A stretch of DNA of 64,000 nucleotides, from contig JBMORA010000001.1 of NCBI GenBank assembly GCA_049320885.1, positions 338,622 through 402,621 of the forward strand, read 5' to 3'. Shown in pieces: positions 18,950 through 31,870 of this stretch (its first letter is position 1; the number at the start of each line of letters is the position of its first letter). A model generated the notes under the pieces. That model ran no database searches, was not told the DNA's origin, and saw only the letters and a list, made by a program, of their open reading frames with translations. The translations under genes and the position numbers were made by a program. Source of the stretch: Thermodesulfobacteriota bacterium. Lineage in GTDB: Bacteria; Desulfobacterota; Desulfobacteria; Desulfobacterales; SURF-7.

Positions 18950-20259
18950 TGACAGAGACGAAAAAACAAGCCATTGAAACACAGGTATTGCATGCCGGCC
19001 ATATACCGGACTCGGACACGCTGTCCCGGGCGGTCCCGATCTATCAGACAACGAGTTATGTCTTTAAAAACACCCGCCATGCGTCTGATCTGTTTGCATT
19101 GAAAGAGCCCGGCTATATTTATTCCAGGATCATGAATCCGACCACGGATGTGCTGGAAAAACGCCTGGCGGCGATTCATGACGCCTCGGCGACCCTCGCA
19201 ACGGCATCCGGAATGGCGGCGATTTTTTATGCCGTGACCGTCATTGCCGGAACGGGACAAAATATCGTTTCCGGCAGTAATCTATATGGCGGCACACGCA
19301 TTCTATTTGAAAACACCTTGAAGCGTTTCGGCATTGAAGCACGTTTCGTGGATTCTTCCGATCCCCGAAACTTCGAGAACGCCATGGATGACCATACAAG
19401 GCTACTTTTCAGCGAGACCATCGGCAATCCCCGCTGCAATGTCGATGATCTCGCCCGCATCGCGGAGATCGCCCATCAGCATCGCATTCCATTCATCCTG
19501 GATAATACGGTGGCGCCGCCTCCGATTTTCAATCCGTTCCGCATCGGAGCGGATATTGTTTTATATTCACTGACAAAAATCATCGGCGGTCATGGAAACA
19601 GCATCGGCGGAGCCGTGGTGGAGGGCGGCCATTTCGACTGGGCGGGTTCCGGAAAGTTTCCCGAAATCACGGAGCCGGATCCGAGTTATCACGGCTTGAA
19701 CCTGTGGGCCCAGCTGTGCGAGCTGGAGGGGACGCCGTGCACCGCGTTCTGCACCAAGCTGAGAACAGGGTTGATGCGCGATATCGGAGCCGCTCTTGCA
19801 CCCATGAACGCCTTTCTGATTCTACAGGGTATGGAGACACTCCCCATGAGAGCGCAAGCCCATTGCCGAAACGCCGCCAAGGTCGCCGCATTTCTGGAAA
19901 CCCATGAAATGGTCAACTGGGTGAATTACGCCGGTCTTCCCAGCCATCCGGATTATTTGCGGGCCAGGGAGTATTTCCCCCTGGGGGCTGGCGCGGTATT
20001 CGGATTCGGCATCAAGGGCGGACTTGATGCGGGCCGCAGGTTCATTGAATCCGTCAAATTGTGTTCCCATCTGGCGAATATTCTGGATGCCAAAACCCTG
20101 GTGATTCATCCGGCAAGTACCACCCACTCGCAGCTTTCTGCAGAGGAACTGCTGGCCGCCGGAGTCAGTGAAGACATGATCCGGATTTCCGTAGGCATCG
20201 AACATGTGGATGATATCCTGGACGATTTAAATCAAGCCCTTCTGTCCGCCCGTGGCTGA
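18949..20259 (+). CDS. metY: O-acetylhomoserine aminocarboxypropyltransferase / sulfhydrylase
   Basis: AVPIYQTTSY, YSRIMNPT, SLTKIIGGHG (PLP Lys) and HPASTTH motifs. Confidence 0.9.
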   Translation: MTETKKQAIETQVLHAGHIPDSDTLSRAVPIYQTTSYVFKNTRHASDLFALKEPGYIYSRIMNPTTDVLEKRLAAIHDASATLATASGMAAIFYAVTVIAGTGQNIVSGSNLYGGTRILFENTLKRFGIEARFVDSSDPRNFENAMDDHTRLLFSETIGNPRCNVDDLARIAEIAHQHRIPFILDNTVAPPPIFNPFRIGADIVLYSLTKIIGGHGNSIGGAVVEGGHFDWAGSGKFPEITEPDPSYHGLNLWAQLCELEGTPCTAFCTKLRTGLMRDIGAALAPMNAFLILQGMETLPMRAQAHCRNAAKVAAFLETHEMVNWVNYAGLPSHPDYLRAREYFPLGAGAVFGFGIKGGLDAGRRFIESVKLCSHLANILDAKTLVIHPASTTHSQLSAEELLAAGVSEDMIRISVGIEHVDDILDDLNQALLSARG

Positions 20260-20316
20260 AGGCACCGATGAATACACCCGGGACGGCCGGCAAGCGGCAG
20301 AAAAAAGGAAAACAGC

Positions 20317-20913
20317 ATGACAAAAGGAATTCAGCGCGGCAGGAAAATGGAGCCCTACTATTGCGGCAAAATTTTAAACGGAAAATACAGCGCAGCTTTG
20401 AAAAAACGCGTCTCCGGATATCTGGAGAACCTCCAGATGCTGGATGAACTGAATTTACCGGTTATTGTATATCTGGCGGCCTGGAAAACGGATGAAGAAA
20501 CCATCTGGTATGAATTCACCTGTCGGCGCTTTCAGCAGATGATGGGCTGTGCACCGGATGAAATCGCCGGGGCATTCCGAAACAGCGTTCTGGACAGGCG
20601 GGTTTATGTGTACGCCAACATCCAGGACGATGTGGCCAAGGAAAGTCTGAACAAATCCGAATTAAGCACATCCCGCAGAAAACTGCGCCGCAAGACCGGT
20701 GAAGAGGGGCAGGTAGAGGCGGTATACAAGATTCTGCTGGAAAAGGGCAGGGCTTTCTGGCTAAAGGACCAAGCCGTGATTGAAACCCACCCGAAAGATG
20801 GGATCAGCCTTTCTCTTGGCTGTATGATGGTGGTATCCAAGGAAATGGAAGCCACCGAAGAAAAGGAACGACTGGTGGCCAAGCTGCAGAAAACCCTGAC
20901 GGATTTTCAATGA
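20317..20913 (+). CDS. Hypothetical protein with a PAS-like domain and terminal coiled coil
   Basis: EAVYKILLEKGRAFWLKDQA resembles a PAC motif; ends EKERLVAKLQKTL. Confidence 0.6.
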   Translation: MTKGIQRGRKMEPYYCGKILNGKYSAALKKRVSGYLENLQMLDELNLPVIVYLAAWKTDEETIWYEFTCRRFQQMMGCAPDEIAGAFRNSVLDRRVYVYANIQDDVAKESLNKSELSTSRRKLRRKTGEEGQVEAVYKILLEKGRAFWLKDQAVIETHPKDGISLSLGCMMVVSKEMEATEEKERLVAKLQKTLTDFQ

Positions 20914-20953
20914 GGTGTCGAAGGAAAAGAAGAGGAAACGTTTAAGCAGCCTT

Positions 20954-21373
20954 TTACGGTTCTTCATTCCCCCTTAGAAATTCGACGCCGATCCCTTTGT
21001 GGGTGGTTCTCACCACATGGGCCGGGACCCGGATGGTTTTTTGGTTGTTGGTAAACGGAATACTGAGGATGATTGTCTGGCCGATGGAAACCGGCTCGTC
21101 CGTCTTGATGAAAATGCCGTTGCTGCTGATATTTTGACTGACTCCCATGCAGGCTCTGCCCTTGATGAAAAACTCAATGGAGTTGACATAGGGTTTGCGA
21201 ATGCTTTCTCTCTCGCCGGACTTGCTCGGGGAACTCTGGATTGCTTGCAGCTGGGACAGCAATGCCATGCGTTGCTCCTCGGTCATCCCCAAGATGATCC
21301 GCATCAGCCGTACCGTGACATCCTCTTCTTCCATCTGTTGATCCGTGTCCGTCATAACCGAATTCCTCAGCAT
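20954..21373 (-). CDS. PilZ domain protein
   Basis: RESIR (RxxxR), NISSNG and GIGVEF motifs. Confidence 0.85.
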   Translation of the reverse strand: MLRNSVMTDTDQQMEEEDVTVRLMRIILGMTEEQRMALLSQLQAIQSSPSKSGERESIRKPYVNSIEFFIKGRACMGVSQNISSNGIFIKTDEPVSIGQTIILSIPFTNNQKTIRVPAHVVRTTHKGIGVEFLRGNEEP

Positions 21374-21411
21374 GATACGGGCATGCTATCGCATAATCCT
21401 TTCGAAGTCAA

Positions 21412-21440
21412 TGAGGCCATGGCTTGAGGCCATGGCTTGA
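21412..21440. repeat. 13-bp tandem repeat (TGAGGCCATGGCT x2 plus partial copy)
   Basis: Read directly; each unit contains the palindrome GCCATGGC. Confidence 0.85.
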
Positions 21441-21515
21441 AGGAATTCGCGGGAACCAAATTCTCCTCTGCTTCCTTCGCGATTACTTGTATGCGAACCA
21501 CAAAACCATAAGATT

Positions 21516-21553
21516 GAAAACAAAAGGGGCGCTGTGATTCAACCAACGCCCCC
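21516..21553 (-). terminator. Intrinsic terminator of the PFOR gene
   Basis: GGGGCGTTG...CAGCGCCCC stem followed by TTTTGTTTT on the minus strand. Confidence 0.7.
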
Positions 21554-21576
21554 TTGTTCAGCTGATGGCCGCGGGA

Positions 21577-25329
<3,753 letters not shown>

Positions 25330-25628
25330 TTACGGTAATACATAGTTCTCCGCCGTCACCATTCAGACAGCAGAATAGATACCTAAAACTGTAAGGCTAT
25401 AATTAATTGGAATTTTTGTAAAGAAAAAAATCAAGCTGCATACAAGCTGAACCCTCCCTTGACAATCCAGCACCGCATCAGTTATAGTTTTTTTCGGTTG
25501 GGATACATTCCGTATGCCGTATATTGGGCGATATGCATGAATCCTCCGTAATTTCATTACGAGAATACCCGAAACCGCCATACATATAAATTCCGTCGCA
25601 ATCAAGAAACGAACAGAGCGAGCCGATC

Positions 25629-26669
25629 ATGCGCGTTGAATGCGCCAGCTGCAACAAGATTTACAATATTCCGGACGAGCGTTTGCCCAAGGGGAAAAAA
25701 ATCGTTTTCCCCTGCCCTTCCTGCCGGTCCGCCATCCACTTGGATCTCCGCATCAACTTGTCCCAAACTCGGGAGGAGGACACACCCTCCGGAACCGAGC
25801 AACCGGAAGACAAGGGAGATGCAATAAAGAAAAAAATACTTCGCGCCCTGAAAGACTTACCCCCCATGCCCCAAGTGGTGCTCAAGGCCCAGCAGGTAAT
25901 GGCGGATCCAGGCTCCAGTTTCAAGGAACTCGGCGCCATCATCGAAACGGATCAGGCGATTGCGGCCCGCGTTCTAAAATTGGCCAATTCGGCATATTAC
26001 GGATTACGTGGAATGGTCTCCTCCATTCATCAGGCGACGGTTGTCCTGGGGTATGAAGCCTTGGGCGAACTGATCACCGTTGTGGGAGCAGCGGGCCTCA
26101 TTGACAATATTCTCACAGGCTATCGGCTGGAATCCGGGTTTTTATGGCAGCATTCACTGGCGGTTGCCTTTGGTTCCAAGATCATTGCCCAGAAGCGTTA
26201 TCCCCGCCTGGAAAATGATGCTTTTTCAGCCGGTCTGTTGCATGACGCCGGCAAAATCGTTATGGACCCGTTTGTACAGGAAAAAGAGGCTGATTTTGAT
26301 AAAATCATGGAGGACGGGAAAACGACTTTTCTATCGGCCGAACAGAAAATCCTGGGATTTGATCATGCCGAGATCACCTATGAAATCTGCCAGAAATGGG
26401 GCATTCCCGATTCGCAAAGCCTTGCCATAAAATTCCATCACTATCCCTCCCGTTCGGAAGGTAACGAGTTGGCGTACATCCTTCATTTGGCCGACCTGAT
26501 CGCCATGCAGGGCGGAATCGGCACCGGTTTTGACGCCATGCTGTACCAGGCGGAAGCCGGAGCCCTGGAATTCCTGCGGCTTGACCAGTCGGATTGCGAT
26601 TCCATCTCGCAACAGGTCCATGAATCAGTTGATAAGATAACTTCTGATATCCATACGGAAAAAGGATGA
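25629..26669 (+). CDS. HDOD domain protein with N-terminal zinc ribbon
   Basis: CASC...CPSC, then LPPMP, LKLANSAYYG, WQHSLAVA, GLLHDAGK and GFDHAE. Confidence 0.9.
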   Translation: MRVECASCNKIYNIPDERLPKGKKIVFPCPSCRSAIHLDLRINLSQTREEDTPSGTEQPEDKGDAIKKKILRALKDLPPMPQVVLKAQQVMADPGSSFKELGAIIETDQAIAARVLKLANSAYYGLRGMVSSIHQATVVLGYEALGELITVVGAAGLIDNILTGYRLESGFLWQHSLAVAFGSKIIAQKRYPRLENDAFSAGLLHDAGKIVMDPFVQEKEADFDKIMEDGKTTFLSAEQKILGFDHAEITYEICQKWGIPDSQSLAIKFHHYPSRSEGNELAYILHLADLIAMQGGIGTGFDAMLYQAEAGALEFLRLDQSDCDSISQQVHESVDKITSDIHTEKG

Positions 26670-26977
26670 GTCGAATCACGGGAACCAGGGAAGAAGTCAT
26701 TGTGGCGCCGCAACGGGACGTAGTTGCCTCCATGGCGACCGGTTTTAAGGCGGAGCTTTACGAAATTGTACAATCCAGACCGGCCAGATTGACCATAGAC
26801 CTATCCGGGGTTGAAATGATCGATTCCGTGGGAATCGGGGTCATCATCGCAGCCTACAATTCCCTGCGGAATATCGGTTCATCCCTGGAAGTGGAAAACG
26901 CCTCCAGGGACATATACAACGCCCTTGTCGCCATGCGCCTCAACCACCATTTCAGCATACGCAAGGCGAAAAATTAA
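26666..26977 (+). CDS. STAS domain protein (anti-sigma factor antagonist)
   Basis: IDLSGVEMIDSVGIG with the phosphorylatable Ser; ATGA overlap with the HDOD gene. Confidence 0.88.
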   Translation: MSRITGTREEVIVAPQRDVVASMATGFKAELYEIVQSRPARLTIDLSGVEMIDSVGIGVIIAAYNSLRNIGSSLEVENASRDIYNALVAMRLNHHFSIRKAKN

Positions 26978-27195
26978 CCAATGACAATACCGAGGGGAAC
27001 ACTTTTCCACTGATTGAGCCTAGCCCAGCCTTTCCGGTACTCGCCTGGCATCCTTCGTTCAAAGACGTTTTTTCTTTTTTCGATCCCGGTACCCGCGATA
27101 TACTCCAATGCATCCGTTTGACGGCGATCCCGGCCGCTTCTTCGATCATTTCCCGACCGCGGGAAGAGGGCTTTCTTTTGTTGAAGCATCCGCAT
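26974..27195 (-). CDS. Arg-rich DRR-repeat microprotein (about 71-73 aa)
   Basis: RSGNDRRSGRDRR...EKRKNVFERR; AGGGA RBS. The start may be 27189. Confidence 0.6.
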   Translation of the reverse strand: MRMLQQKKALFPRSGNDRRSGRDRRQTDALEYIAGTGIEKRKNVFERRMPGEYRKGWARLNQWKSVPLGIVIG

Positions 27196-27328
27196 TTTCC
27201 CTGTTCATAAATAAAGCATCGCCCCTCCCGCCCAGCAATGAAAAGCAGAGGCAGCCTTACGGCCGCCTCTGCTGGGAAAAGGAGGTAATAATGAGAAGAG
27301 AGACCACAACAATCGTACTTTTTGTTTA

Positions 27329-27364
27329 AGCAAAACACATACCATAAATATAATCAATCATTTA
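27329..27364 (-). promoter_or_regulatory. Putative sigma54 (-24/-12) promoter plus IHF site
   Basis: TGGTAT-GTGTT-TTGCT at 27344-27329 on the minus strand; AATCAA-TCAT-TTA at 27352-27364 matches WATCAANNNNTTR. Confidence 0.55.
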
Positions 27365-27451
27365 TTTATTTTATTTCAAATGGTTATATTTAAAATCAAC
27401 AACCCTTCCAGCGGCTTTTATGTAAAAAGATACCTGCTTGTATGGTCAAGG

Positions 27452-28150
27452 CTACACAAATCCACCCCGTATTGGGAAATGGAAGGAATGAAGCCGTATC
27501 CGTTTCCCATCCGCCAACCCCTCTGCCGCTGTTAACAAGTATTTGTAAAAAAAGTAATATCTGCCGATCTTCTGAATATACCGCTTGGTTTGTTTGTAAG
27601 GCGGAACGCCACCGAATTCTATCACTTTCCGGCTGCCGGCATTATACGCGGCCAGTGCCAGGGTCTCATCCCCCTTGAATTTATCCAGCAGTTGCCTGAA
27701 GTATCGCACACCGCCATCGATATTTTGTTCCGGATCAAAAGGATTTTTCACCCCCAGGGATTTCGCCGTCAGCGGCATCAGCTGCAGTAACCCCCTGGCG
27801 CCCCTCTTTGATACCGCCTTGGAATTGAAATTGGACTCCGCCATGATCATTGCCTTGATCAGGTCGGGATCCACTTGATAACGATGGGCAGCTCTATATA
27901 TATAATCTTGATATGATAACATCTTGTTAATATCAAGCAGAAAAGGATGATTTTCGTTTTCCGACAGGGACGAAACGGAGGTGGAATGATCATGTAATGT
28001 ATCCAGGGTATTCCGTTCGGTTTTCTGCGCCGGTGCGATCTGGCCGCCACACAGGATCAACCCGTACAGGGTCAGCATCACGCTGATGAATGAAATCCAA
28101 CCGCTGAAACCTGGCTGCAGAGGAATTCGATGGGGCATATCACCATCCAT
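27452..28150 (-). CDS. Lytic transglycosylase (SLT domain)
   Basis: IMAESNFN, GARGLLQLMP and LAAYNAG motifs. Start chosen by its GGAGAA RBS. Confidence 0.88.
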   Translation of the reverse strand: MDGDMPHRIPLQPGFSGWISFISVMLTLYGLILCGGQIAPAQKTERNTLDTLHDHSTSVSSLSENENHPFLLDINKMLSYQDYIYRAAHRYQVDPDLIKAMIMAESNFNSKAVSKRGARGLLQLMPLTAKSLGVKNPFDPEQNIDGGVRYFRQLLDKFKGDETLALAAYNAGSRKVIEFGGVPPYKQTKRYIQKIGRYYFFYKYLLTAAEGLADGKRIRLHSFHFPIRGGFV

Positions 28151-28337
28151 ATGATTTTCTCCATGGTTGATTTTGGTAACACGAGCAACCATTCTTCCCA
28201 TTCGTACCATCCGGGTATGATCGGATTCAATCGGTCGATGGCATGATTTATTTCCTAGGATGGAAGAGCAAGGATAGTTCGAAAGTATGAGCGGGATAGG
28301 AAGGACCTGCTTGTTTGTTTCGAGCTAATGCGGGGAA

Positions 28338-29024
28338 TTATAAATATTGGCTTGCCCAGAGAGCCGCCTGAAGACGATTTGGAACCTTAATTTTTTTATA
28401 TATATTATAGATATGCGTTTTAACGGTATGCAGACTAATACCCAGGTTCTGGGCGATCTCCTTATTTCCGGAGCCGGAAGCGATGCCGATCAGAATTTCT
28501 CTCTCCCGCAGGGTGAGCGCGCTGACCGCTGTTGCAGACAGTTTGGCAAAAGATTGTTTTTCCATGAGAAATTTAGATAAGGTCTTCCGCGAGTACCACA
28601 ACTCGCCTTTCAGGATATCCTTGACACCCTTTACATGAATGCTGATGGGATCACTTGCATAGAAAATTCCATGGAGCCCTTGTTCCACGGCCATCCGTTC
28701 GAGCCCTTCTTCTGGCATGACATTGAAAAGGGCCACGAGACATTCCTCCGATTTGCCGGATGGTTGGGCCGGGATAAAGCCGGACCAGGATTTCAAATCG
28801 CGACTATAAAAACAATCTAATAATATAATATGCTTATGTGCAGGATAGGCATTTATGGCGCTTGCCAGGTCCACCTCATTGCGATACAGACAAGGGAGAC
28901 CCAGTTTTTTTTCCAGATAGCGGGACAGCAACTCATTTTGAAGCCGGTTGGGGCCGATGACGTGAACGATTGCCGCCGCCGGTTTATCCGGGGATTTGTT
29001 TTCCTGGTGCATATCGCCCATCAT
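28338..29024 (-). CDS. LuxR family regulator, CsgD/VpsT-like
   Basis: Degenerate REC domain, GELWYSRK, LTLREREIL...NKEIA...TVKTHIYNIYKKI. Confidence 0.88.
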   Translation of the reverse strand: MMGDMHQENKSPDKPAAAIVHVIGPNRLQNELLSRYLEKKLGLPCLYRNEVDLASAINAYPAHKHIILLDCFYSRDLKSWSGFIPAQPSGKSEECLVALFNVMPEEGLERMAVEQGLHGIFYASDPISIHVKGVKDILKGELWYSRKTLSKFLMEKQSFAKLSATAVSALTLREREILIGIASGSGNKEIAQNLGISLHTVKTHIYNIYKKIKVPNRLQAALWASQYL

Positions 29025-29344
29025 GAATGAGGGGAAATCCGGTAACGCCCGTCAAACAACACGGCCATCCCATCCGTTTCCGTACGAAGAACTTTACCCG
29101 TAATTGCGATTTGCGACCGGCGTCCCTGCAAACCGGCGATATTGTCCAGGTGAAGCCATAAAACCAGATCAACACAGGCACCTGCCTTCAATGGAGGCCT
29201 CCCATGAAAAAAAGCACCCCCTGCGCAGACATTGACGGTCATCAAATCAATTTGTTGTTTAACCCCATTGTCGCCGGCAAAAACGACCCGGGCCGGCATT
29301 TTCAAGACGAACCTCTCCAGGTTTCGTCTTTCCGTAATCGCCAT
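29021..29344 (-). CDS. PilZ domain protein
   Basis: ERRNLER, NVCAGG and GMAVLF motifs; ATGA overlap with the LuxR gene. Confidence 0.82.
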   Translation of the reverse strand: MAITERRNLERFVLKMPARVVFAGDNGVKQQIDLMTVNVCAGGAFFHGRPPLKAGACVDLVLWLHLDNIAGLQGRRSQIAITGKVLRTETDGMAVLFDGRYRISPHS

Positions 29345-29580
29345 ATCTTCCTTCTCCAGGGAATAACCAATGTTATTGGATTGACAAACGGTTTGCAGCG
29401 GCCGATGGCTCCTTCGTCTTTATGACCCAAAACCACTTCATTTTCAACTGTTTTAAAAACCGTTTTTCTTTTTTTTGCTATTGAAAAAAGAAGTGCTTCA
29501 GCCTAACAATAACACCAATAGGGAAAAGTGCTGCGGAGACATGCCGGTTCCGCGCCCATCATCCGGAGAGCGGGATAACG

Positions 29581-30234
29581 ATGAACCATGAAACCGATCC
29601 GCTGCTGCAGTATTTCCGGCAGCAGGCGGAAAAATTGTTCGCAGGCGCCAGCGGCAGTCACGATTGGGAACACACCTTGAGGGTTTACAGACTTTGCGAG
29701 CGCCTCGGGAAAACAGAAAAAGCGGATATGCTCGTCTTGAAAACCGCGGCCCTGCTTCATGATATCGGCCGGTGCCATCAAGACCGAGCCAACGGCGAAC
29801 TCTGTCATGCTGAAAAAGGAGCTCAAATGGCAGCCGAGTTGATCGCCAATGCCGATCTGTCCCCTGAACAGAAGCAGAACATTCTGCATTGTATTCGCAG
29901 CCATCGATTCCGCGGGGGTGAAGAGCCCCGCACCATGGAAGCGAAGCTCCTTTTCGACGCCGACAAACTAGACTCCATTGGCGCCGTGGGCGTTGCCAGG
30001 GCCTATCTGTTCGCCGGCGAAGTCGGCGCCATGTTGCACAATCCCGGCCATGATGTGAGCAACACCAAGGCTTATTCGAGAGAAGACACCGGCTTCCGGG
30101 AATTCAAGGTCAAGCTCCGCCATATCAAGGACCGGGTCATGACCAGGGAAGGGCGCCGGCTTGCACAGGAACGCCATGAGTTCATGACGGCCTTTTTCAA
30201 CCGCTTCATCGAAGAATATGAAGGTCAACGATAA
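29581..30234 (+). CDS. HD domain phosphohydrolase (YedJ-like)
   Basis: HDWEHTLRV, LLHDIGR and DADKLDSIGAVG motifs. Confidence 0.88.
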   Translation: MNHETDPLLQYFRQQAEKLFAGASGSHDWEHTLRVYRLCERLGKTEKADMLVLKTAALLHDIGRCHQDRANGELCHAEKGAQMAAELIANADLSPEQKQNILHCIRSHRFRGGEEPRTMEAKLLFDADKLDSIGAVGVARAYLFAGEVGAMLHNPGHDVSNTKAYSREDTGFREFKVKLRHIKDRVMTREGRRLAQERHEFMTAFFNRFIEEYEGQR

Positions 30235-30390
30235 AAAAGCGGAACCTTCCGATCCTTGCTTTGAGAGCAGCATTGATATATGCTGAATTAAGCAGCGGTA
30301 TCTGCAAAAAACGATACGCACTTGTTTCGGGAATCGAAGTATTCGATTCAGCGGATTGGGACCATCCACATAACAGAAACAGTCAGGCGA

Positions 30391-31122
30391 ATGCCCGAAC
30401 AGAAAAATGCCAAGCGGAAAAGGTTTTCGGCGGCTCCACTTCAGCGGAACTCATGCGAGCGCTGCGGAGTTTGTTGTCGCAAGGGTGGGCCGGCGCTGCA
30501 CGCGGGAGACGCCGACGGAATTCGCGACGGCCGAATCCTGCTGAAGTTTCTCTTCACCATCCGCAAGGGCGAACCGGTTTATGATAATATCCGTGGTCAG
30601 GTCCGCCCCGCCATGGATGACATCATCAAAATCAAATCCCGCCCAAACTCCAGCATCTGTATTTTTTATAATCTGGCATCCACCGGTTGCGGCATTTATC
30701 CCCATCGCCCGCTGGAATGCCGGCTGCTTACATGTTGGGATACGGAGGCTATTACAGAATGGTATCAAAAAGAACGACTGACACGGAAAGAACTGGTGGC
30801 GGAAATTAACGGGCTTTGGGAGCTGATATCGGCCCACCAGGAACGCTGTTCCTATGATCGATTGGCCCGGACTCTCGAGTCGAAAAAGGGAGCCGATCCC
30901 GGTTTTGGTGCGCAGGAAATTCTTGAAATGGTACACTATGACGAATATCTGCGGGAAGAGATTCCCAAGAAAAGCGGCATTGACACGGAAATCCTGGAGT
31001 TTCTGCTTGGACGTCCGATGCGCCAAACAGTCCGGATGTTTGGAATTCACGCTGACAAGGCGAACAGCGGAACCGAAATTTTCCCAGCGCCGAAGATCCT
31101 CAGGGGCACAGAACAGGTCTGA
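30391..31122 (+). CDS. YkgJ family cysteine cluster protein
   Basis: CERCGVCC, CIFY and CGIYPHRPLECR motifs. Confidence 0.85.
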   Translation: MPEQKNAKRKRFSAAPLQRNSCERCGVCCRKGGPALHAGDADGIRDGRILLKFLFTIRKGEPVYDNIRGQVRPAMDDIIKIKSRPNSSICIFYNLASTGCGIYPHRPLECRLLTCWDTEAITEWYQKERLTRKELVAEINGLWELISAHQERCSYDRLARTLESKKGADPGFGAQEILEMVHYDEYLREEIPKKSGIDTEILEFLLGRPMRQTVRMFGIHADKANSGTEIFPAPKILRGTEQV

Positions 31123-31153
31123 TGTGAGGGTCGCTGATACTCATATCCGGAAA

Positions 31154-31870
31154 ATGACGGTCACTTTCGCTCTTTCCATTTTGATCACTTCTTGTTTTGT
31201 CATGGGACCGGCCGCATCCCTGGCCGCCCAGGATCCATTTGATTTTCCGGTGGATTCGGAAAAACTGAAGACCGGTGAGCCGCAGCTGTTTCAACGGGCG
31301 TACCCCCCCCAGGGCCACAACAAAAAAAAGCAGATCGCCGGAATCATCCTGATAAACGCCGGTCCGGACGATGTCTGGGAAGTGGCAACAGAATGGGACG
31401 AACTGGGCCGGTTCGTCCCGGATGTCGAATATTACAAAACCATCCTGGTTCTGGAGCCGGCAGGAAACGGCCGAATCGGCAAATCCTTCATCGAGGGCAA
31501 ATTGGATGTGCCGTTGTTCAATATCCAATACACCCTGGATGTCATGTTTGATCAGTCAGGACTGCGGCAGGAATGGCGCTTGATGACCCCGGAAGAAATC
31601 AATATTTACAATCTGATCGGCATCCAGCTCAAACGCTCCAGCAGCGGCATCGAAAGCATTGAGGGCGCATCCTGGATCCGCCCGGCGGATGGCGGACGGA
31701 AAGTGGTTTACATCTATCTTTCCACGGTGGAATACTCCATGATACTACCTGAATTTCTTGAAGAATACCTATCACGCAATGCCTTGGCGGGTTATCTGGA
31801 GGGGATCAAAAAACGCGTGGAATCCCAGGGTGTATATGTAAAACAGCCTTTCAGTCTTTTTGCTCCTTGA
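31154..31870 (+). CDS. Exported SRPBCC/START-like protein
   Basis: Signal peptide, INAGPDDVWEVATEWDELGRFVPDV. Start uncertain (31124 GTG or 31154 ATG). Confidence 0.6.
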   Translation: MTVTFALSILITSCFVMGPAASLAAQDPFDFPVDSEKLKTGEPQLFQRAYPPQGHNKKKQIAGIILINAGPDDVWEVATEWDELGRFVPDVEYYKTILVLEPAGNGRIGKSFIEGKLDVPLFNIQYTLDVMFDQSGLRQEWRLMTPEEINIYNLIGIQLKRSSSGIESIEGASWIRPADGGRKVVYIYLSTVEYSMILPEFLEEYLSRNALAGYLEGIKKRVESQGVYVKQPFSLFAP

